From a virus (lineage: Duplodnaviria > Caudoviricetes), in IMG/VR virus record IMGVR_UViG_3300021373_002652, positions 4,332-68,331 of that record: 64,000 nucleotides of DNA, one strand, 5' to 3'. Below the pieces are notes generated by a model. That model saw only the letters and a list, made by a program, of their open reading frames with translations. It was not told where the DNA came from and ran no database searches. Positions 57,213 to 64,000 of the stretch are shown here, one piece after another. The stretch's first letter is position 1; each line of letters starts with the position of its first letter. The translations under genes and the position numbers were made by a program.

Positions 57213-58123
57213 TCGTTTGGTCTTGGGAATGATAAATTTCTTTTTTCATCATATACCATATACTGATATGCTCTATCTTCGTAATCTAATATATTGTTTA
57301 ATGGTTTTTTAAATCTCCATATAAATTTTTCTTGATTAAACCACTTCCTAACATTTTTATTAGAAGCTTTATTAATTTTAGAATCTTCAAATTTAAAACT
57401 ATATTTTGTATTCAATACTTCACCTAACTTCATTTCATTAGAATCTATATCAAAATATTTTACATCATATCCCATTTCTTGAAATTCTGTACTCCAAATA
57501 ATAGCATCAGCACACCATGGTTTTGTATGACCTTCTTTTAGTATCTGACCAGTATGTATTTGATTTTGGCAATATGTAATAAAAATATCTTGTACAAAAG
57601 ATTCTAAATCATTAAGAGAAACTGGATATGAATTTGTAAATGGGAGACCTCTTTCGAAATATGCCATTACCTCTTTCAATCCATCAATATCAATTTTACA
57701 TTTAAGTTGATTTGATAATATAGTATTAATTAAAGTAACTCCCTCTCCTTCACTTGGAAATGTATTTACAAAATCTTGATATAATCCACCTGTTATCTTT
57801 TTATATGGGTCTCTGAATAAAAATAATATCTTCTTTATTTTACTCTTTCCATTAAATAGTTCTGTTAGGATTTTTAAATCTAATTTAGTTGTAGGTTTAA
57901 CTTCTTCAGTAACCCAAATATCATTACCAAATTGTTTTTGACTTGGACTTAATGTATGTTTATCCGCTCCTCTTATTGTTTCTGCAAGATGTCTTAAATA
58001 TGAAGAACCTTGTTTAGCTGTTGTTATTATTGCAGAATCTTTATATGTTAAAACATGAAGTTGTGCATATGAATATAACAACGGAATTTCTTTTCTATAT
58101 TTTATTGATATTCTATCATTCAT
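57209..58123 (-). CDS. Sulfotransferase-like (P-loop) protein
   Basis: AKQGSSYL (5'-PSB-like), FRDPYKKITGG (3'-PB-like), GH motif. Confidence 0.5.
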   Translation of the reverse strand: MNDRISIKYRKEIPLLYSYAQLHVLTYKDSAIITTAKQGSSYLRHLAETIRGADKHTLSPSQKQFGNDIWVTEEVKPTTKLDLKILTELFNGKSKIKKILFLFRDPYKKITGGLYQDFVNTFPSEGEGVTLINTILSNQLKCKIDIDGLKEVMAYFERGLPFTNSYPVSLNDLESFVQDIFITYCQNQIHTGQILKEGHTKPWCADAIIWSTEFQEMGYDVKYFDIDSNEMKLGEVLNTKYSFKFEDSKINKASNKNVRKWFNQEKFIWRFKKPLNNILDYEDRAYQYMVYDEKRNLSFPRPNE

Positions 58124-58127
58124 AATT

Positions 58128-58388
58128 TTACCACTTTCCCAATGGACATTTTGACTTGGGTGATAGAGTTTTAGCTGCTATATTACAACCACATCCATTG
58201 GTTCTATCACCAGTAATTACATGATAAGAGTATATGTAAGGTGAACAAGTATTGTTTTGTCTAATCTCACATTCATCACAATGTAATAATCTTTTCTTAG
58301 AAACCGCCTTAGTTACAGGGTCTACGGCGTTAAATTGGTCTTTAATTACATTACCCCAACCTTCTATTATTTCAACTACTTTACTCAT
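58128..58388 (-). CDS. Small Cys-rich protein
   Basis: RLLHCDEC..C..GCGCNIAAKT..CPLGKW; TATTTATA at 58393-58400. Confidence 0.7.
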   Translation of the reverse strand: MSKVVEIIEGWGNVIKDQFNAVDPVTKAVSKKRLLHCDECEIRQNNTCSPYIYSYHVITGDRTNGCGCNIAAKTLSPKSKCPLGKW

Positions 58389-58439
58389 TATATATAAATA
58401 TATCTTTTTTTGAAAGTATAGTAATTACTACACTTTGGG

Positions 58440-58513
58440 TGCTCCCAATAGGACTCGAACCTATGACCTATTCATTATGAGTGAAGTGCTCTAACCAACT
58501 GAGCTATGAGAGC
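58440..58513 (-). tRNA. tRNA with CAU anticodon (Ile2 or elongator Met)
   Basis: GCTCTCATAGCTCAGTTGGTTAGAGCACTTCACT-CAT-AATGAATAGGTCATAGGTTCGAGTCCTATTGGGAGCA. Confidence 0.9.
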
Positions 58514-58519
58514 AAAAAA

Positions 58520-58596
58520 TGGTGAACCAGACAGGATTCGAACCTGTGACCGTCTGCTTAGAAGGCAGATGCTCTATCCAGCTGAGCTACTGGTCC
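58520..58596 (-). tRNA. tRNA-Arg(UCU), CCA encoded
   Basis: GGACCAGTAGCTCAG...TCTGCCT-TCT-AAGCAGA...TGGTTCACCA. Confidence 0.95.
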
Positions 58597-58604
58597 ATTC
58601 TTTG

Positions 58605-58690
58605 TACCAAAGGCGGGAATCGAACCCGCACGAACATTACTGTTCAAGGGATTTTAAGTCCCTCGTGTCTACCTATTCCACCACTTTGGC
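58605..58690 (-). tRNA. tRNA-Leu(UAA)
   Basis: GCCAAAGTGGTGGAATAGG...AGGGACT-TAA-AATCCCT, long variable arm. Confidence 0.95.
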
Positions 58691-58703
58691 ATCTTTTACT
58701 ATG

Positions 58704-58735
58704 TAAAGATACGAAATAAATTCCGTATTACCAAA
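58704..58735 (-). promoter_or_regulatory. Early-type promoter for the tRNA-Leu/Arg/CAU cluster
   Basis: TTTGGTAATACGGAATTTATTTCGTATCTTTA, 14 nt before tRNA-Leu. Confidence 0.72.
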
Positions 58736-58763
58736 TTTTTACGTTAAATTTTTGTGATTTTTT

Positions 58764-58967
58764 TTAAAGCTTCTCTGTTACGAAGAATTTCTCATCGTAA
58801 CTATCAACTGGAGGGTTCAAGTCTAACTCTACATTCTTAATTATATGGATACCTGCCATTTTTGATACGGTCATACCCACTCCTTTTTCATCTACTCCAC
58901 CTATATGGAACGTTACTTCGGATTTATCTTCTAATATTGCGGTTACTTTATATGTTTTATACATCAT
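58764..58967 (-). CDS. Hypothetical protein
   Basis: 67-aa ORF. Confidence 0.55.
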   Translation of the reverse strand: MMYKTYKVTAILEDKSEVTFHIGGVDEKGVGMTVSKMAGIHIIKNVELDLNPPVDSYDEKFFVTEKL

Positions 58968-60279
58968 ATTCTATAAATTTTTTATATTCTTTCAGTTGTA
59001 GTGTATTATTAAGTATCATTTCAACCCATTTATCTGAACAAAATAGTCTTGATTCACTAAATGTATCTGATTTTTTATCTTTGATTCTAGCTTTTTCTAA
59101 TTTATTTAAGATATTTTCGTTTATAGAAAAGAAATCACAATCTTTTGTTAATTTATTAAACATTAAAAAGTAAAAAACCACATCAGGATGACCAGTAACC
59201 CCAACACTACACTCTATTGGCCACTCATTTGAATCCCAAGTAGATTTTTCATTAGCAAAGCGTAGTGTTTGAACATAAGAATTTGGGCCATAAGTATCCA
59301 ACATATATTCATCAACACCACCTTTATCAAAAATAGAGGTTTCATCTTCATAAGTCCAAAATTTATTAAAATCTATTTCTTTAAATTTATAATAAATGGA
59401 TGGAAAAACTTCTTCAATACCTAAGCTTTTGTTTTTTGGAAATCTTTCTTTTAATAATGACATATCATTCTTCCAATTGTTAGAGTCATGTATGTGAAAT
59501 TGTCGAATACTTTCATCAGGAAACTTATACCAACCCGAAAATTGTGAATATATTTGAGAAAAGTTGTATTTTATATTTTTAGATTTAAGAAAAAATTGAG
59601 TTTTTAGTATATTATCAATATATCTTTGAACAAAAAATTCTTGTGGGAGTGAATAAAGTGCGTTTTTATAATTAGTATATATTAATTCAAACTCATAATG
59701 TTCTTTTATTCTCGAATCGTGCCAAGATTCTACACAAAAATATTCAGTATCTTCTATTTTACCTACTGATATATTATCATCTGCATATATCTGAATGTTA
59801 TCTTGGAGATATTTAACTAAATCTGTTTCAATAGTGAAACCTTGATAAACTTCTTCTGGTGATTTATGTACTCCTTTATTAAATTGATATATTCCTTGAG
59901 AGGTATCTCCTGGAAATTTTTTCCAATTTAACCAATCAGTTGGAATTTCCATACCTTTATCAATAGGAAATGATACTCTTCCAATCTCAGAAAACTCAAC
60001 ATGACAGTAAATGTTCCAAGGTTTAGCTCCAAGTTCTAATAATTTACCAATTGTATAGATTATTGAATCTGATTGCCAATCTGAACCTTGAGATGAACCA
60101 GATACATTTATAAAAATTACTTCATCTGTTGATTCAAATAGTAATTGTTTTTTTACATCTATTCCAATATGATAAAGTTGTTCACTTTTGTTTCTTACAT
60201 TGAATAACGAATCTGTTAACCTACCATAAGAACATCCACTTTCTACAAAGAACTTTTTATTTGATAAATCTATCCCCAT
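58957..60279 (-). CDS. Large SGNH-like protein
   Basis: SGCSYG, INVSGSSQGSD, VEFSEIGR, TQFFLK, TGHP; probable start MGIDL at 60279. Confidence 0.6.
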   Translation of the reverse strand: MGIDLSNKKFFVESGCSYGRLTDSLFNVRNKSEQLYHIGIDVKKQLLFESTDEVIFINVSGSSQGSDWQSDSIIYTIGKLLELGAKPWNIYCHVEFSEIGRVSFPIDKGMEIPTDWLNWKKFPGDTSQGIYQFNKGVHKSPEEVYQGFTIETDLVKYLQDNIQIYADDNISVGKIEDTEYFCVESWHDSRIKEHYEFELIYTNYKNALYSLPQEFFVQRYIDNILKTQFFLKSKNIKYNFSQIYSQFSGWYKFPDESIRQFHIHDSNNWKNDMSLLKERFPKNKSLGIEEVFPSIYYKFKEIDFNKFWTYEDETSIFDKGGVDEYMLDTYGPNSYVQTLRFANEKSTWDSNEWPIECSVGVTGHPDVVFYFLMFNKLTKDCDFFSINENILNKLEKARIKDKKSDTFSESRLFCSDKWVEMILNNTLQLKEYKKFIEYDV

Positions 60280-60620
60280 AAGTATGCCCCATATCCAATT
60301 AATAAGTTGAGGTTTACTACAACCAAGTTCCATTGTTTAGCTAACCAAACTTGTGGTAATGATAATACCGCTCCTGCTAAGTAAGTATATGCTCCCATAT
60401 TATCATAAGGTAAAAGATAGGGAGACATCATAATAAAAGCAGTACCCATATATCCTAACCTATTACCCATCCTTTCAGCAGGTGTAAGTTGTCTTTGTTT
60501 AACCAAAAATCTCATAAAGAAAGTAACCCAAGTTCTTTCACAACTTCTACAAGTTTTCTTACTCTTGTTCTTATAGAAGAAATTAGGTTTCTTCTTTTTA
60601 CATACATTACACTTTCTCAT
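60270..60620 (-). CDS. Zn-finger plus membrane protein
   Basis: CNVC..CRSC followed by three hydrophobic segments. Confidence 0.6.
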   Translation of the reverse strand: MRKCNVCKKKKPNFFYKNKSKKTCRSCERTWVTFFMRFLVKQRQLTPAERMGNRLGYMGTAFIMMSPYLLPYDNMGAYTYLAGAVLSLPQVWLAKQWNLVVVNLNLLIGYGAYLWG

Positions 60621-60790
60621 TCCTCTTTATTGTTATCAATTAACGCTTCAATAAATCCAATAATGAAAGCAGTAAATGTTACAGGCCAGAATACTATCAT
60701 TCTGAATCTATGTCCATTGTTTTGGATATTGCCTTCGTTTAGTAAAGCCCATATAACTCCACATATTAAATAATAAGATAAATACGTCAT
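60617..60790 (-). CDS. Small two-TM protein (57 aa, not in track)
   Basis: Hand translation MTYLSYYLICGVIWALL..IVFWPVTF.. Confidence 0.55.
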   Translation of the reverse strand: MTYLSYYLICGVIWALLNEGNIQNNGHRFRMIVFWPVTFTAFIIGFIEALIDNNKEE

Positions 60791-61041
60791 TTTGTTAATT
60801 GTTTAGGTTGTTCCATCCACTTGTTAAATGGATGTGAATTAAATTCTCTTGCTATTTCTTTTAGTTTCTTTTCTTCTTCAGTATCGTGTCTTAACCAACT
60901 TGAATCCCATTCAATAGAATCCCAAAATTTAAAAACATCTCTACCACAATCTTCCCACCTCTTCATCATGATTCGTTGAGGTAACGAACCATACTCTTTT
61001 TGTTCTAATCGTGCTTCTTCAAAATCTTCTTCTGTAAACAT
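60787..61041 (-). CDS. Hypothetical early protein
   Basis: Directly after an early promoter. Confidence 0.55.
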   Translation of the reverse strand: MFTEEDFEEARLEQKEYGSLPQRIMMKRWEDCGRDVFKFWDSIEWDSSWLRHDTEEEKKLKEIAREFNSHPFNKWMEQPKQLTK

Positions 61042-61046
61042 AACTA

Positions 61047-61078
61047 CTAATATACGAAATTTATTTTACAATTCCAAA
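61047..61078 (-). promoter_or_regulatory. Early/host-sigmaA-type promoter
   Basis: TTTGGAATTGTAAAATAAATTTCGTATATTAG. Confidence 0.75.
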
Positions 61079-61096
61079 TTTATTCTTAACTAATTC

Positions 61097-61915
61097 TTAT
61101 GCTTGTTCTCCCCAAAATCTACCAGCCTTTGGTCCACCATTACATTTACCATCTGATTCACCTGGTATTTTAATCCAAAGATAAGCATCACATTTTGGAT
61201 AAGAAGTATCTGTTGAAGGAAATTCACCCAAACCTCTTCCTTGTGGATTACACCATTCATCATCTTTCGGCCCTTGTCCATTTCTTGAGGTATCGATTAC
61301 AAACCTATCTGTATCTCTCCACTTTAAAATCTTTCTACTCCACCTTATACATTCTTTGGTAGTTCTATAATTACATGAGTTAACAGAAAAACCTCTAACT
61401 TTAGGATTACTGATTTTATCTAATAACTCAGCTACCACTTTAGGTTCTAACCAATTGGAGTGTCCAACATCTATATAAAAAATACCATTACAATTATTAG
61501 TTAAATATTCGAGGGATTTCTTCATTAACTCTAATCTCCATTCTTGTTCTTCTTTTGGTAGGTGAGTAGAATGTGGTAGAGCATCTGGTTCATATATTAC
61601 TATTGGAGAATCTTCACCTACTCCTTTAGCGAATCTTTCTACATAATCCATATATCGTTCCATATCTTTAGCACCACCTTTTGAATATTGTCCAATATCT
61701 CTGTTAGGAATATTGTACATAACTAAGATTGGAAGATGTGGATGTGCTCTGTTAAGTAGCCTTCTGATACTCTTCTCCATATGTTTCTTTGGTTTCTTTG
61801 GATTATCTCCATACCAAAAAGATTGAGGTTGTTCAAATATCTCAGATGATAAAGGATATGAATCTCTGTAATTTTTGATTCTATCAAAGTCGTTAACCCA
61901 AAAAGGATATTCCAT
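61097..61915 (-). CDS. Glycoside hydrolase family 6 (endoglucanase-like)
   Basis: YNIPNRD, IYEPDAL, YIDVGHSNW, GFSVN..NY, VIDTSRNG, WCNP, DAYLWIKIPGESDG. Confidence 0.93.
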   Translation of the reverse strand: MEYPFWVNDFDRIKNYRDSYPLSSEIFEQPQSFWYGDNPKKPKKHMEKSIRRLLNRAHPHLPILVMYNIPNRDIGQYSKGGAKDMERYMDYVERFAKGVGEDSPIVIYEPDALPHSTHLPKEEQEWRLELMKKSLEYLTNNCNGIFYIDVGHSNWLEPKVVAELLDKISNPKVRGFSVNSCNYRTTKECIRWSRKILKWRDTDRFVIDTSRNGQGPKDDEWCNPQGRGLGEFPSTDTSYPKCDAYLWIKIPGESDGKCNGGPKAGRFWGEQA

Positions 61916-61918
61916 GTT

Positions 61919-62839
61919 TTATTTATAAATGAGATTATAATACTTTTTATGAATCAAAGTGTAATAGTAATAATCTTGTCCTACTACTCTTCGCATAATA
62001 TTAACTATTTGTTTATTTTCTTTATTGGAAGTATTCATGAATTGATTAGAAATTGAATTTAAAAACCTTTCATAAAAATCTCTATGTGATTGAAACGCTT
62101 CTACTCCATCTTTAAGAACTTCAGGATGATACTCAGATATTAGTTTTCGTAAATCTCCATCTGGTGAATCAATATCAATTATTCTTAATTTTGTTTTATC
62201 TATGTTTGGATTGAGTTCAAGAAAGTTATATAAAGTTTCATTATATAACATATGATGGCCTTCAACTATCCCATTTTCAGATGATTGTAGGTTTTTCATT
62301 TTATTTAAAACCAACTTATTGATATTATCATTAGATAACTCACTAATATGATATACACTACCTTTTCCAAGTATTCGTTTTAATAGTGGTGAATTGTTAT
62401 ATTCAAATTTTAATTCTTGAATAACACCACTTACCCATTTCTTGCAAGAATTTCTTATAGGTATTATTAAATCCTTTTCTGATGTACCATCTACAATTTT
62501 ATAGAATTCGTTAAATTTTACCTTTTCTTCAGGATTAATATTTTTATAAAATCCCATTGATTCATAAAATACATCACTAAAGATTGCTTGGTTATAATCT
62601 TTATTACTTAGTTCATATTGAGTTAATAGATTGTTAACTAAACTACTTCCGCCTTTCATATAAGTGAATATACCAAGTTTATCGGTTTCGTAAAATAACG
62701 GAGATATAAAATTAGGGTTTTCAAATCCAAGTGAATTATTTGGTATATCGAATATATTGTTGATTAAAGTATTGATACCTTTTTTATCATTGGATATCAA
62801 TTCTTTTCTTTCATTAAAATTGTAATCTGTTGCATCCAT
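61919..62839 (-). CDS. Sulfotransferase-like (P-loop) protein, paralog of 57209..58123
   Basis: MKGGSSLV, IRNSCKKWVSG, GH motif, IIDIDS. Confidence 0.5.
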   Translation of the reverse strand: MDATDYNFNERKELISNDKKGINTLINNIFDIPNNSLGFENPNFISPLFYETDKLGIFTYMKGGSSLVNNLLTQYELSNKDYNQAIFSDVFYESMGFYKNINPEEKVKFNEFYKIVDGTSEKDLIIPIRNSCKKWVSGVIQELKFEYNNSPLLKRILGKGSVYHISELSNDNINKLVLNKMKNLQSSENGIVEGHHMLYNETLYNFLELNPNIDKTKLRIIDIDSPDGDLRKLISEYHPEVLKDGVEAFQSHRDFYERFLNSISNQFMNTSNKENKQIVNIMRRVVGQDYYYYTLIHKKYYNLIYK

Positions 62840-62840
62840 G

Positions 62841-63005
62841 TTACGATACTAAGTGATATACAACTGACCAAAATATTATAGTTCCTACAATAGAAATCAA
62901 ACATCCAATTCTTGGGTCTCTTTTAATGTTATTAACCTCATCAATTTTCTTTTCTTCTGATGATAGTGGAAATAAAGATTTCCATTCTTTATGATTTTTC
63001 TTCAT
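62841..63005 (-). CDS. Small membrane protein (54 aa, not in track)
   Basis: Hand translation MKKNHKEWKSLFPL..GCLISIVGTIIFWSVVYHLVS. Confidence 0.5.
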   Translation of the reverse strand: MKKNHKEWKSLFPLSSEEKKIDEVNNIKRDPRIGCLISIVGTIIFWSVVYHLVS

Positions 63006-63234
63006 TTTCTCTTTTTATATGTTTGTACAAATTAGATATTGAATTCAATCTATCAGCATCTCTGCCGTAGTATTCACCACAATCTTTAAGATAGTTCAAA
63101 AACTTAAGTTCTCTTTGTAACTCCCATTGGTAAACTTTATTGTTACCTTTACAATAGTAACTATATATAGTATCAAAAAAGATATTTATCCACTTCATCT
63201 TATTCTCATCTATTCTTTGTAAATCTACTCTCAT
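62989..63234 (-). CDS. Small protein, Y..LN family
   Basis: CGEYYGRDADRLNSISNLY. Confidence 0.6.
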   Translation of the reverse strand: MRVDLQRIDENKMKWINIFFDTIYSYYCKGNNKVYQWELQRELKFLNYLKDCGEYYGRDADRLNSISNLYKHIKRENEEKS

Positions 63235-63455
63235 CTATTTTCTCTCTTCCAATTGTTATATTCATTAGCTATCATATTGAGTACTTCTGCTTGACCTTCG
63301 TAATAATGTCCTTTTTTTATTACCTCGGCAATTACCTCTCTAACTTGCATTCCTACCTCTTCGGTAAATCTGGCCATATTATCTTTTACGAAGTTATCCA
63401 TCTTCTTTAGATTCTTCAATTGTTCTTTATCTACGAATGTTGCGTTATTATACAT
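63231..63455 (-). CDS. Small protein, Y..LN family
   Basis: KGHYYEGQAEVLNMIANEY. Confidence 0.6.
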   Translation of the reverse strand: MYNNATFVDKEQLKNLKKMDNFVKDNMARFTEEVGMQVREVIAEVIKKGHYYEGQAEVLNMIANEYNNWKRENR

Positions 63456-63464
63456 TATACCATT

Positions 63465-63659
63465 TTATATCTCTATGTTCTTTTTTGTTTTAACCAATCT
63501 ACCCAACTTATTAAGTAAACCTTTTTCATAATCAGAGTACTTTCCTCTGAGTATAACTTCTTCAACAAGATATTGCCATTCGTTCTCTAATATTCGAAGT
63601 TGATTATGTAACCATTGTTTTTGTTTTAGGGTAAGTATGTATTTGTAATGTTCTTTCAT
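63465..63659 (-). CDS. Small protein, Y..LN family
   Basis: RGKYSDYEKGLLNKL. Confidence 0.6.
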   Translation of the reverse strand: MKEHYKYILTLKQKQWLHNQLRILENEWQYLVEEVILRGKYSDYEKGLLNKLGRLVKTKKNIEI

Positions 63660-64000
63660 TTAGTATATTTTATTAGTTCTATTATAATAACAATCAAGTA
63701 GTTCTTCTGCTACTTCTAATGAGATACGATTCTCATTGTACATTTTCCAAATTAATTTATTCATTATTTATCTATTTTTTAATTTTTCATCATAATATAG
63801 CTGTAATATCAGATACCATATTTCTTTAGGTAATCTGATAAAAATAACTTTAAACCATATTAAGAGAGTTTTCATATAAAATTTATAACCTCGATTTCGG
63901 TAACACTAATACTACATTCAGCACACATAAGGATAAAGAAGAATAAGAACTATGTAATTTTAAAGATAGTAAAGATATACGTCATATACATACATAACCA

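Noticed and set aside
58506-58719. Two plus-strand 66-aa ORFs
   Set aside because: Antisense translations of tRNA-Arg and tRNA-Leu
63660-64000. Tiny ORFs at the right edge (63660-63764, 63768-63875)
   Set aside because: 34-35 aa with no supporting motif; plausible but not supportable

Overview
This AT-rich (about 30% GC by eye) window is part of a large tailed dsDNA phage genome, probably a myovirus. The host is most likely an aquatic Bacteroidota (Flavobacteria-like) bacterium. All credible genes lie on the minus strand, use the standard genetic code and are densely packed. 1.3-20.8 kb is a late tail/baseplate module (gp5-like hub/spike, gp25, gp6/J, a 1920-aa wedge protein, tail-collar-like proteins). 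21-38 kb holds a carbamoyltransferase, a gp55-like sigma factor, a lysozyme-like protein and metabolic/stress genes (peptide deformylase, MetK, ThyA, helicase, UvsE, IscA, Hsp20, nucleotidase, PhoH). 38-64 kb is accessory and carries eight tRNAs, 2OG-Fe(II) oxygenases, GT-like, SGNH-like and sulfotransferase-like paralogs and a GH6 glycoside hydrolase. Two promoter classes are visible: a fixed-length 32-bp Bacteroidota sigmaA-like element (11 copies) and a TATTTATA motif before late genes. The best candidate for a new system is a late operon at 39.0-43.4 kb. It encodes a circularly permuted ATP-grasp-Hint fusion, a 52-aa peptide, a 2OG oxygenase and two GT-like proteins. A [S/T]-G-S tripeptide is strongly enriched in that fusion and in a subset of virion proteins, which may indicate a phage-encoded virion modification or glycosylation system. 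All calls come from motif recognition by eye; no database searches were run.
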